Source of the DNA: Blepharisma stoltei ATCC 30299 | Lineage: Eukaryota > Protista > Ciliophora | Reading direction: 5' to 3' | Length of the DNA stretch: 64,000 nucleotides | NCBI GenBank assembly: GCA_965603825.1 | Contig: CBFDEM010000041.1 | Location: 124,001 to 188,000, forward strand | Part shown: positions 1 to 11,385 of the stretch, piece after piece | How the letters are laid out: each line of letters opens with the position of its first letter | Position numbering within the stretch: the first letter of the stretch is position 1 | The notes under the pieces: generated by a model | Told to the model about the DNA's origin: nothing | The model's input: only the letters and a program-made list of their open reading frames with translations | Database searches by the model: none | Made by a program: the position numbers and the translations under genes

Positions 1-555
1 GAAAATCTTCTTCTTCATACTCTGAGCCCATTTTCGTGGGATTTTATAAAAATATGTTGACCTATTATTATTTCAAGCAAAATTTTCTACTTTGTTCTTA
101 AATTCAATTGTAAAAAATTAAATAATTTATTTTAGCAAACCCATATCTTTAATTAGTTTTCCTAATAAAAATAAAAATTATTATTTATTTATTTAATTTA
201 AAAATTCATGACTATCATACTCTTATTTTTGCCTAGTAAATCATTCTTTCTTTCTTTCAAATAAGCCTTGTAGTAAAAATTTTATTTGCTCAAAAAACAA
301 CATGAGAACCTATTTTGAATTAAATTTGCTCTATATACCATTAATTATCCTTGAATTTTGAACCCTAATTATAGGCGGCTTATTTTGTTAAAATATTTTT
401 TAATGAGCTTGGCTTGACTAATTAGCTTTAATTAAGCTAGAACAATTTTCAAAATCCTTAAAAATCTAGTTAGGAAAAATCATATGAGTAACTGGCGCCC
501 AGTATGATTTAAATTCCATAGTTTCTAGAAGCGAAAATTTCATCCATAATATTAA

Positions 556-1851
556 ATGTCAAGCGCTGATTGAACTATGAACTGCCCGCTCCATTGGTAT
601 GGCAGCGGAGACTCTTTAGTATTCTTAGGACTTGTAAGCCTTACTTAGATTGGTCTCACATTGATGGAATACGGCCTTTCAAGGAAAGGATTTGGAAATC
701 ATCTCATGTTCAAAAATTGGGTCCAATTTTCTGTAGGTATTGTGGCATGGTGGCTTATTGGCTATGCCTTTTCCTTTGGTAATGCTGGAAATCACAGCAA
801 CTTTATTGGTGAGAAGTATTTTGGAGGCGAAGATTGGCTTCTCGACAGGATTAGTAACCATGGCGCCTGTGCTTCCTATTTCGCTTTGATAGGCTTCTTT
901 GTGATATTTATTATCAATGGAGCTATCATGGAAAGAGCGCACTACTGGGTCTACCCATTCCTAGCTTGGTGGGTTATGGTTTGGATTTGGCCAGTAGTTG
1001 TAGCCTGGGGATGGGGCTGGGGCTGGCTTATGGGAGAAGTTGGAGATGAAAACAACCTAATTGACTACGGTGGAGCAATCACCATCTATATTTTCGCTGG
1101 TACTTTCGCCCTTGTAGGCGCTATTATCATTGGAAAAAGAGTTGGGAGATTTGACCAAGAGCACGTCCAAAGCGGGTTTGAAATGACTCACTACCCAATT
1201 TATGTCATTGGAGCTTTACTGACTATTTTGGGCGTCTGGTCCATTAACATTGCTCAAACCGAAACAGCTAATGCTTTTGGCATTGCAGAAGTAAATACTT
1301 GGATTTGTGGAGGCGCCTCTTCAATTGTTGCTCTTAAACTTCTTACTTTGGGACATAGAGACTTGAGAATCCATTACATTTCTGTATTCCAAGGATTCAT
1401 TGCTGGGCAAGTACTTATTTCTTCTTCTGCTTTTGATACCACTCCTTGGCAATCAGGAATTTGTGGACTCATGGCTGGAATTGCCTTCTTCTTAGGTGTT
1501 AAGTGTTGTGAAATGTTCAAAATTGATGATCCTATGAATATCACTGGAACATTCTTCTTCCCAGGCCTTATTGGAGGATTTTTACCTGGATTTATAACTG
1601 ATTCATATGGAGTCTTCTGGGAAGGAACTGAAGGGCATACCCTCTCAACTCAAGTTGTTGGTGTTTGTGTAATTTTTGGATGGTCAGCTTTCTGGGCTAT
1701 TATTACTTTTGGAATTCTAAAGTTCCTTAAAAAGCACAGACTCTCAGACGAGATACAAAAGGCATCATTAGAAAACTGTGATATTGCACAAGAAGGATTC
1801 GTCTTAGGAGGAGGACAAAGAATCGAAGCAGAAATGGTAAAAGCATCATAA
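556..1851 (+). CDS. Ammonium transporter (Amt/Mep/Rh family) paralog 1, ~426 aa; TGA=Trp at 571; 15-nt intron 634-648
   Basis: ATG at 556 (alternative 577) is in frame with the 661 ORF once the intron is removed. Amt motifs: WWLIGYAFSFG, GAIMER, IDYGG, NTWICGG, KIDDP. Many hydrophobic helices. Confidence 0.9.
634..648 (+). other. 15-nt spliceosomal intron (phase 0)
   Basis: gtaagccttacttag; removes an in-frame TAG; same position as the intron in paralog 2. Confidence 0.9.
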
Positions 1852-2112
1852 GATTAACTTTTTAAATTTCTTAAACCTTATGAGTATTTCTCATCAAAAG
1901 TCGAAGTTTCTAGATTTGCTTAATAATTGTCAAAATTTCATTTTCAAAAATTTGAAAAATTTTTGAAATAAATATAATACTGAACTAATTCAAGCTTTTA
2001 ATTCCTTGGAATTAATTTTCCTAATCTTTAAAAACCCTTTCTCGCTGTAGTTATACCAAAATATTAACGCGGCCATAAACGGTTTCCAACTAAATATGAC
2101 CATAAATTTTAA

Positions 2113-3396
2113 ATGTCGGCACCGACAATTCTCGTAGGGACATCTGACTCTCTCGTATATTTAGGCTTGGTAAATCCTACTTAGATTGGCCTCACAATGA
2201 TGGAATACGGCCTTGCCCGTAAAAATTTTGCTGATTACATTTTGTTCAAAAATTGAATCCAATTCTCAGTTGGTATTGTAGCCTGGTGGTTGATTGGTTT
2301 TGCATTTGCATGGGGAAATGCAGGAGATCATAGCAATTTCATAGGAGAAACGTACTTTGGAGGTGAGGATTGGCTTCTTGACAAGAAAAGATCCCATGGA
2401 ATCACAGCAGCTTATTCAGCTCTTGTAGGATTTTTCATTCTTTTCATAATCAATGGCGCGATTATGGAAAGAGCACACTATATCGTTTACCCATTTGTTG
2501 CATGGTGGGTTATAGTTTGGGTGTGGCCTGTTATTGTAGCCTGGGGATGGGGCTGGGGCTGGCTCATGGGTGAGGTTGGCGATGAAAATAACTTGATTGA
2601 CGGTGGTGGTGCAATTACAATTTACATATTTGCAGGCACTTTTGCACTAGTTGGAGCCATAATTTGTGGCAAGAGAGCTGGAAAATATGATGGAAGCCAA
2701 GTGAGAGAGCCTTTTAGAATGACAAATTACGCTTTCTATACAATTGGAGCTACTCTTACAATATTAGGAGTTTTCGGGATGAACATGACTGGAGGGTCTA
2801 ATGTTTCATCATTTGGGATGGCTGAAGTAAATACTTGGATTTGTGGAGGCATGTCTTCTATAGTTGCCTTAAAGCTCTACACTTTTACCAGAAGAGACCT
2901 TGAATCTCATTACATCTCAGTTTTCCAAGGCTTCATTGCTGGAGAGGTCCTTATTTCTTCTTCCGCGTTTGACACAACTCCTTGGCAAGCTGGAATTTGT
3001 GGAATTATGGCTGGGATCGTCTTTTTCTTAGGCGTCCATTTCCACAGGATCTTGAAAATCGATAACCCTATGCACATTACAGCCACTTTCTTGTTCCCTG
3101 GGTTTATTGGAGGATTTTTGCCTGGGTTTATTACAGATACTTATGGAGTCTTCTGGGAAGGCACTGAAGGTCATACTCTTTCTACACAAGTTGTAGGGGT
3201 TTTCGTGATATTCGGATGGTCTGCTTTCTGGGCAATTATCGTTTTTGGCGTCTTGAAGTTCTTCAAAGTGGCAAGTTTGCCTGAAGATTTACAGAGAGAA
3301 GGGCTTGTTGGGTGTGAAATTACTCAAACTGGGTTTGTGAAGGGATCTAGTTTAAATCAAGATACAATTAGACCTTTGGGGAAAGGGATAGAATAA
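2113..3396 (+). CDS. Ammonium transporter paralog 2 (tandem duplicate), ~422 aa; intron 2170-2184; TGA=Trp at 2254
   Basis: Colinear with paralog 1 from the DSLVxLGL N-terminus onward; KN[TGA]IQF aligns with KN[TGG]VQF. Confidence 0.9.
2170..2184 (+). other. 15-nt intron (phase 0)
   Basis: gtaaatcctacttag; position conserved with paralog 1. Confidence 0.9.
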
Positions 3397-3419
3397 ATAA
3401 CTTTTAAATTCTAGATAGC

Positions 3420-3700
3420 TGATTCAACGGGTACCTATAAGAGCTCTAGAAGACGTTACTCAATTTCCCATGCTCAGCCAATTTGTCCTCGATAGATATA
3501 AGCGCCAGTCTTGAAGTTTGGGTTTGAACTCTCTTTTTTAAGCTAAGGCAACTCACCTGAGTCTGTCAGGTATCCTCTTGGCCTCAGCCTCCGCCACGGA
3601 GTAAGTGGATAGCTTATAGGAATAAGTCCCCATAAGGACAAGAGTTCAGGCTTAAAACCCAGGGCTTTTGCTTCCCTACTTCACTTGGTATTACGAATCA
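3420..3700 (-). ncRNA. Candidate structured non-coding RNA, family not recognised
   Basis: ~45% GC by hand count in an AT-rich intergenic context. Many nested complementary segments including a terminal helix. G-U wobble pattern mostly favours the minus strand. Confidence 0.5.
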
Positions 3701-3735
3701 TGTGAAATCAAGTATAATTAAAATATACGAGAAGA

Positions 3736-3745
3736 ATTGTGGGTC
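3736..3745 (-). promoter_or_regulatory. Possible snRNA-type upstream sequence element (GACCCACAAT) followed by an AT-rich TATA-like tract
   Basis: Resembles the ACCCA-core USE of ciliate/plant snRNA-type promoters; lies ~35-45 nt upstream of the structured element. Confidence 0.3.
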
Positions 3746-4186
3746 TGGAGACTAGAAATTCGACTCTCTATATTTAATAATTAAAGTCTAAGTCAATTGA
3801 CCAAAATAGATTGATTTTTAGATAGTTGAAAATTCAATACTCCCGGTAAGAAAAAGAGAGCAAAATTGATACTTTAGAGTGTTTTTGGGTTAGCCACTGG
3901 CAATTTTGAATGGAATTGATTTGCTTTTATTTATATTTGGTTGTTTACATATAATTGGAGTTTATTAGATGATATCGGGATCTGAGAAATTATAGAAGGT
4001 ATTCTTCCAGAGCTGTTGATTGAAGATACCACCTGCCTTGAGAAAGTATTATTTTGGCATCATTAGGGCCTTGCAATCATAATATGCTCTGTATTAGCTT
4101 CTTAGGGATCGTTAATTTTCTTTTTTGAAGTAGAACCCTAAAAATTTCACCTTTTAGTCATATTTATGGAAAATTTAATTATTAAA

Positions 4187-5257
4187 TTACAGTCATGAAC
4201 GGTTTTTACCTCGAAATGACTGAGTAGTCTCAGGTTTATACTCTCCACTATGCTGATTATAAAAATAGCCTTTGAATATTTCATCAATTGAGTCTAATGG
4301 AATGAATCCATCAAGTTCTTCTTTAAAATCGAATTGACTTGAAGCATTAAAATTTTCAGAATTTGACGGGATAAATGGAGATACCAAGGTTTTCGCAAAC
4401 AAGCTAGACCACTGGACATCACTCAGCCATACGTGATTTTTTACTTCTGAAGGACCATTTGTCCCTAGCCTATTTTCAGGCTTCCTTTGTAGAAGTTTAT
4501 TGACAAAATCTGCGGACTCTATTGACCAGCCTGCTGGCAAATCTGATTTTTTAAGCAGAATTTGTTTAGAAAGTGCCTGTTCTTTTATATCATTTCTATT
4601 TCTTCCTGTGTATGGCCGCTTTCCCATCATCAATTCATAAACAATAACTCCTAAAGCAAAATAATCAACAGCAATTCCATGATTACGCTTACACATAACT
4701 TCTGGAGCCATATAGCCTGGCGTCCCAGAGGTTTCTTTTGAGTTGTCAGACGAGATCAGTCTTGCTATGCCAAAATCTGTTATCCTTAAATATCCCTTTT
4801 TATCGAAAACTAAATTTTCAGGTTTAATGTCCCTATGTATTATTCCTAATACATGCAAATATTCAAGCCCACTAAAAATACAGGCTGTGAAAAACTTAGC
4901 TTGACTTTCAGTGAACCTTCTAGTCTTACAAATGTGATATCTAAGGTCTCCGCCTGTCATAAGATCCATGACGAGATATAAATTTTCTTTATCTTGAAAT
5001 GCGTATTGCATATTTACTACAAAAGGGTGCTTTATTATTGAAAGCAATTTTCTTTCATTAAGAATTGAGGATACACTTTTTTTCCTTATAACCCTGAATT
5101 TGCTCATTTCTTTCATAGCAAAGCATTGCTTTGTTTTTTTTAATTCTACTTTTCAAACCTTTCCATAACCTCCACGGCCTATTGGGCATTCAAAATTGAA
5201 GAGATTTTTCTGAATTTGGCACTCTTCACTATCTTGGTCTTGTATTGTGTTTCCCAT
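4187..5257 (-). CDS. AGC-family Ser/Thr protein kinase, ~356 aa; TGA=Trp at 5155-5153 and 4195-4193
   Basis: MGN start (myristoylation-like), GRGGYGKV[TGA]KV, AMK, HRDIKPEN, DFG, GTPGYMAPE; ends TGA CTG TAA. Confidence 0.92.
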
Positions 5258-5677
5258 TTATTTACAGATTATATGTATTTTTTTAATAGGTGATCTGATA
5301 AATTTAATAAATTTATTTTTGTTTTGGTTTTATGATTTATATTTTGACGATAATATATTAGCAGTTATTTTTTGTTTTTTAGAAACAATTAATTAATTTT
5401 TTATATAGGATTTTTATAATATTCATTAGAGAATTCAAAAATACACTCACTAATTTAATTTTTGTAAAAATTATTTATATAAATTAATGTGATTGATAGA
5501 TAGAGCATACATTTAATTATTAATTAAAATTAACTCGACAAAATAATTAAGAAATTAATTGAAGAGTAAGACTATTGCTGGCATTCTTCCAAATAATCTC
5601 ACGGATTTTATATTAAATATTAAATATTTAATGTATTAATTTACTATTTAATTTATTAAGGGGGGTTAATAATTATA

Positions 5678-6766
5678 ATGCTAGAAGAGTTTGAATGGTA
5701 TCTTTATTCTGATGTAGAAGACAGCGTTTTAACTATTTATACAGAACCCTTAAAGCCAAGTAGAAAATCCAAAACTCAAAAATCAAACAACAAAGAAGCC
5801 AAAATTCCTAAAGGAAGAGAAGAAAAAATTATCAACAAAATTTCGAAAGTCTTAAAAAAAGCCAAAGATAATAAAACAGAAGAAGACTTTATAAATGAAA
5901 ATGGCTTTTCTTGTATATACTCCAGCTGCTTAGTTAAATGCTTTGCAATGAATACTTTTATTAAGCATATTATCAAGCCACACCAAATCCCATGTGTGTG
6001 AAAAGACTGCAGCTTTAAAGGAAAATGCTCTTGTGAGCTGCAAAAACACTTAGAAAATCATTGAAATAAGTTTAAAGGGATAGAACAGAAAGAGACTGAT
6101 AACTCTAATGATAAAACAAAAACGATTGAGACAGTTTTATCATCTTCTATTAAGTTTAAAAAAGATATTAAGGCGAAACCTGAACATAATTCAGTTAGAC
6201 CTCTAAGCGATTCCATAATTTTCAGAGCTAACTCAGTCTCAAATATTGCAACCCCTATTCAAGACAAGCCCAAACTGATTAACCCTCCAAAACCTGAGCC
6301 GAAAACTATCTCAAAACCTCAGCCTAAAACTACCTCAAAACCTGACCTTAAAATTATAAACAAACCTGAGCTTAAAATAGTCTCAAAAACCCCTCCAGTT
6401 GCAGCTAAAACAGCCACAAAACTTCCAGAACATTCAAAACCACTGAAAAAAATTAAAATTGAAAATGACTCGACGGAGTCAAAAACAGACTCAGACAGCA
6501 AAGAAATTTTACCAATTAAAAGAGGGGTCACTGCTAAAAAAACAGTCGTCCCTCCAGGGAAAAGAATGAAGCGATTTACAGCCTGTGGGGAATCTCCATA
6601 TGTAGAAGACTTAATTAAAAAAGAGATCCAAATAGACTATGAAGAAGATGAAGACGAAAAAGACCAGACACCTTTTATTAAAAATCTTATGGAAAGAAAA
6701 AAGGCTGCCCAAAAGTGGAACCCTTCAGATGCATTTGCTAGAGCTCTGGAAGCACAGAGGTTTTAA
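5678..6766 (+). CDS. Protein with two C2H2 zinc fingers and a Lys/Pro-rich region, ~362 aa; TGA=Trp at 5999 and 6062
   Basis: One open frame joins the 5678 and 6566 ORFs; CIYSSC..HIIKPH and CV[W]KDC..HLENH. Confidence 0.8.
6290..6385 (+). repeat. Four degenerate 24-nt coding tandem repeats
   Basis: Encodes KPEPKTIS KPQPKTTS KPDLKIIN KPELKIVS. Confidence 0.75.
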
Positions 6767-6855
6767 TTTATCGGATTATTTTAATAAAAATTTAAATCAA
6801 TTTATTTAAAAAAGCATTGCCTAGGAATTAATATTTATTAAAGATCATGCTATAG

Positions 6856-8088
6856 CTAGGCTTCAGAGTCTTCTTTATTTCCTTTTTTCAGTAGCATCTC
6901 ATAAAACATTTTTAGATTCTCGTTCTTCCTTCCTTGAGTATCACTTGAACTATCAGGAGCGGGGTTACTATCGCTAGAAGTGTTAAAAGAAATGCCTGCA
7001 GGCCTTAAGATATCTACTACATTCTTCGCTTTATCATTACTTGTCTTGGAAAGCCTTTCTTGGACTTGCACTAGAAAATCTTGGTCAGATACAAAAGGGA
7101 TTTCTTCTTTCTTCGTCCCTCGATATCTCGGTTTCGGCAATAAATCATTAAACTGTTTCTCTAATATGCCTAGATAGTCCATTTCCCTTATCAAGTTTGG
7201 TGAATCCCACCCTGCAGGTATAAAAATGCTTTCTCTGTCAATAATCTGGGCTTTTTGGGTAAACCTAAACCCATAAAGCCTATGCACAATGTAATTGTAA
7301 AAAGTGTTCACATTGATTCCTGTTTTTGAGGATGTATAAATAATGGATGCTCCATACGTTACTGCAAACTCCCTTAATGATTTTAATGTAAAATCCAAAA
7401 TTCGCTCACATTGGTCTCGGCTTTTATCTACAGACCATATTAAATCACTTTTACAACAAATAATGACAATAGGAACTCCTAAATTTACCTGTAATACCCC
7501 TTCGGGAAGTGGTATTTCTTGTACCGCTTCGTCAATTTTTTCTTCTTTTGTTTCTTCAGAGGGGTCTTTATAAGCTTTCATATATCTTTCAACACCCTGG
7601 ACCATTTGGTCTTGGTCGTCGAGTGGCAATGAGCTTAAAACTTTTCCCAGTTTTTCATGCCAAATTTCAATTCACTGATGGAGGTCTTCTAAGAAGGTTC
7701 ATGGCTGTGATCAGTCTAAAACGATGCCAAATATAGTTTTATTGAGTTGTTTTGGCTTTAATGCAAATTCAAGAAGATCTTTTAATTGGGGATGATCTAA
7801 TGTTCAAATATTAATTCGAGATATCTTAAGAGATTGAGGATCTTCAATGTTCTTTGCATTTATATGAGAATAGTGAATTGGGGAAGTGATAGGAATAGGA
7901 TCATCTGGAGCTATAAGTTGGGAATATACTGAGTTTTTACCGAGCGAGCCTGGACCTTTTTGCACAACCGATATGAAATGCTTTACTCCGCAGTCTCTTC
8001 TCCCGACCAATATAAGGTTGCCTTCAGGGTGCTGATCTCTTTGGGAGGACTCTTGCAAGATTTTTTCCCAAAGTTTTTGTTCCGACAT
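6856..8088 (-). CDS. DYNC1LI: Cytoplasmic dynein 1 light intermediate chain, ~410 aa; four TGA=Trp codons (7804, 7711, 7699, 7672)
   Basis: LWEKIL N-terminus, INI[W]TLD, LD[W]SQP[W]TF, NLGVPIVIICCKSD, YGASIIYTS, IFIPAGWDS. Confidence 0.85.
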
Positions 8089-8148
8089 TGATTATTATTA
8101 AATAAAAAGCATAATTATAATTAAGGGAAAATAATATGACTACTCATA

Positions 8149-9360
8149 TTAAATTAATTTCATTTCGTTTTCATGAATGGATTTAAGTTCATTTTCTTCA
8201 TCAATTGTAGGGTCTAGGCTTACAAGCAGCTGGAGTTTGGCAAAAAAACGGGGGAGGAGTCCTGCATATAAAAATGACATTAAAAATAATGGAAGGGCAT
8301 GCTTTCAGATATATTCGGTTACCACTTCTGTAGTATTAATTTGATTAAATAATAATTTAATCCCAACTGACAGCCCAGCTGTGATAAGAAACCTAATAAC
8401 TTTTTTCCATATCTTTGTGTAACCCCAGAACATGGTAATTTTCTTTGAAGAAATCATAGCCCCAGTCACCAGTCCAAAATTATAGAAAATTCATGCTGAA
8501 TGATAAAATGAATATGCCCCGCTTACGTCGTAATTTAATGAGCAGTGTTTAGTAGCATTTCTTATCCATTTTAAATTGACTGTTGAATTCAGCGTAACTA
8601 TTTGAAAAACTCCAATAACCCCTAAAAACAACATCATTGTCCCTATGAATCAAAATACAATATACGTCCTATTGGTTTTATAATTAAAACTGCTTTTCAA
8701 TGACAAATCCATCATAGTTTTATCAAACGCAAATGCGACAGTAACATATATAAAGCAATAGCACAAAGTTATAAGAATTTGATGGGGAAAAATTTCTCCT
8801 AAATAGACTCCGCCAATACTAATCATTGTAGCTATAATAACTACAATCCCATAAGCGATTATCCTAAATCTGCTTCTATGAAAAATTTCGATTGCGATAG
8901 AAACATAAATAACAGTTCCCAGCATCACTTGGTAAGAAGGATTTGCAAATCCAGACAGACAGAGCACGCCTTTAATATCTTTGTCTTCCCAATAAGGTCT
9001 TGGCTCTCTGTAAAGTAATGAGAGAAAACTTGTGACATACATCGTAAAGTTTATCATTAAAATCAATTTTATTCCTCTTCTGGCATCGTAAAAATGATAA
9101 ATTGCAGGACAAATAAAAATTAAAGTTCAGTCACCTCCAAGGTATGACACTATTGTAAAAAACATTTTCCCATTATCAGTTCTATCTTGTTGAAAATCAT
9201 ATACGACGTGCTTTCCTCAACTTATTAAACGGCTTTCTAAGAGACCTTCAAGAGGAATAATAAATAGAAGCATAATGATGGAGATTCCACGGACGAGGAC
9301 TGAGGTTTTGACAAGACTTTCTTCCTGGATTGAGGCTAAGCGAGGGTAATTTTGGGACAT
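8149..9360 (-). CDS. PAP2/glucose-6-phosphatase-like polytopic membrane protein with degenerate catalytic motifs, ~403 aa; five TGA=Trp
   Basis: Open frame from ATG 9360 to TAA 8149 with TGA read through; YREPRPYW, NPSYQ, VYLGEIFPHQI. Confidence 0.75.
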
Positions 9361-9561
9361 CTTGTTTTGTCACCTATATTAACTATTATTTAGATTTGAA
9401 GTAAAATTTGAGAATAATAAAACATATACAATTTATTTTTAATTAGATGACTAATAGCTAATATAAATTTATTCTTTATTAAATAACTCAATATAACACA
9501 GCATAATAACTCAATTACAGTTAAAATACCTTCATTTGTTCCTTTACAATAATTTCATTAT

Positions 9562-9903
9562 TTATGAAGAATGCTTAAGTTTGAGATGGTTGTTCACTGA
9601 AGCTTCTGACCCATAAGATTTCCCACATACTTGGCAAGTATAATGCCTTTCAATTTTATCAGCTGTGCGTCTATATCTTTTTTTCTTCCCATTTGATAAA
9701 CTTTCTTCTAGACTTGCAAGCCTCTTCTGAAAGCGCTCTTTATCAACTGCAAGCTCTTCAACTTTTTGCTTTAGTAATAAATTGTATACAAATAGTTTAC
9801 AAAACTCTTCGTAATAGTCAATGCTCTTATCTTCATTTTTGATTTGATCTTGAGTCAGAGGGATAAAATAAGTGGAAAGTTTATTGTCTGCGACTTTTTC
9901 CAT
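9562..9903 (-). CDS. Small coiled-coil + single C2H2 zinc-finger protein
   Basis: KKRYRRTADKIERHYTCQVCGKSYGSEASVNNHLKLKH. Confidence 0.85.
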   Translation of the reverse strand: MEKVADNKLSTYFIPLTQDQIKNEDKSIDYYEEFCKLFVYNLLLKQKVEELAVDKERFQKRLASLEESLSNGKKKRYRRTADKIERHYTCQVCGKSYGSEASVNNHLKLKHSS

Positions 9904-10050
9904 AATTATAAAGGATGAACAGAATAGACATTTCTGAAACTTCGGATTGGTGAGGGTTTTTTGGAATAGATTAGATTAAAGTGAGAGAAATAAGAAATAA
10001 TGATAAATCTTTAAAGAGGCTTAAATCCAATGATGCCTAGTTAAGTTAGG

Positions 10051-10314
10051 TTAGATAAAGTCAATGTATCTAAGCTTAGTGCGCTGGAAAGTAAGAATTT
10101 GCCCGGTTGCTAGGTCTGGGATTGCTTCATAATCCACTTGTTTTGATCCGCTGATTGTAATTGGAAATTGATTAAAACAAATACTTAAGCAAACACCTCC
10201 AAATAGAAGAGACAATACATTCACAACTACAGTATGACCCCATCCATATCCCCAAACTGCTGGGTTTCTGGCAATCTTGATACCTTTTGGAATATTTCTT
10301 AAGAGAGGATTCAT
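10051..10314 (-). CDS. Small single-TM hypothetical protein, possibly mitochondrial
   Basis: ATG in AT-rich context, basic N-terminus, one hydrophobic helix, TAA stop. Confidence 0.6.
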   Translation of the reverse strand: MNPLLRNIPKGIKIARNPAVWGYGWGHTVVVNVLSLLFGGVCLSICFNQFPITISGSKQVDYEAIPDLATGQILTFQRTKLRYIDFI

Positions 10315-10569
10315 TTATTATTATCAATCAATATTATCTATCTATTTTCTCTATTATATTTATTAGATATTTGTTCAGAACTTTGAAAAGAGATATTAAA
10401 TTATATCATAATCATCAAAAAATTTAAAAATAAGCATTAAAAAATTCCAAAATTACTTTTATTAATGTATATAATAGGACTATTTTATACTTAGAATATT
10501 AGCAATTCATTATTATCAGTTTTACTCTTTAGAAAAATGTCAGTGATTTTGTACTTAATAAAATTGTAA

Positions 10570-10797
10570 ATGGGCTGTATAGCAAGCGCATCAAAAAGAA
10601 AAATAAGAGAAGCTCCTAGTTTTACTCTATCTACCAGAAGAACACTCAGCAGTTCAACTGCAGAATTATCGCCGACAGAGAGATATGTTAAAAACGTAAG
10701 AAGCCTAAGCATTTTACTAAACACAGCAAATAATAACACACCATGCAATTGCATGGACCAAGCTAAATTAATTGTAAATAACCAATGTAAATATTAA
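10570..10797 (+). CDS. Small hypothetical protein with an MGC N-terminal dual-acylation-like motif
   Basis: MGCIASASKRK followed by a Ser/Thr-rich stretch. Confidence 0.5.
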   Translation: MGCIASASKRKIREAPSFTLSTRRTLSSSTAELSPTERYVKNVRSLSILLNTANNNTPCNCMDQAKLIVNNQCKY

Positions 10798-11385
10798 CTG
10801 AAGTATCAAGAAGTAAGATCATTTGTTTTAAGAAGGTTTCAGTTAACGACTGGTTTCTAGACAATGTAATAAAATAATAAATATAAGATTTTAAAATTTT
10901 AAGAAGATTAAGATTATATTGGATTTTAGGATAAGAATTGCTTTGCCTTAAATCGGCTTTCGCTCTTCTGTATCCAAGCTGATCAGTAATTATAATCAGT
11001 TCAGTAAATATGAAAACTTAGTTGAACATTTATCATACATATGATTAAGAGAATCATGGTATTTCAAAAAAAAAGTCGGAAAAGCAGATTAAAGCTGACT
11101 AACTGCCAAATGAGATATTTGTTGGCAAGTAAGCAATATTCAAAGCACTGCAAAATTGTAGATCTATGAATAATTAAATAATTCAGCAATTGAACTAATA
11201 TTTTACTTTATTTTTTCTGACTCAGATAATCACTTTTAATCAATTGAATTTGAGTTCCCCTGAAAGAGCCAAAAAATTCTCTTCTTTATAACTGGAATAA
11301 AATAAAGGTTATTTTTAGATCATGATAATTTTAGGATTTACTTAATTCTATTTATTTCAAATTTCATTTATTAATTTTTCAAGTA

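Noticed and set aside
3516-3526. CAAACCCAAAC on the minus strand as a telomerase template
   Set aside because: It would specify TTTGGG rather than the CCCTAACA-type repeat I recall for heterotrichs, and it lies in a predicted helix; not supportable without telomere data
3619-3667. AAGTCCCC and AGGGCT as RNase MRP CR-I/CR-V motifs
   Set aside because: Only ~30 nt apart, too close to enclose the specificity domain, and not adjacent to the terminal helix
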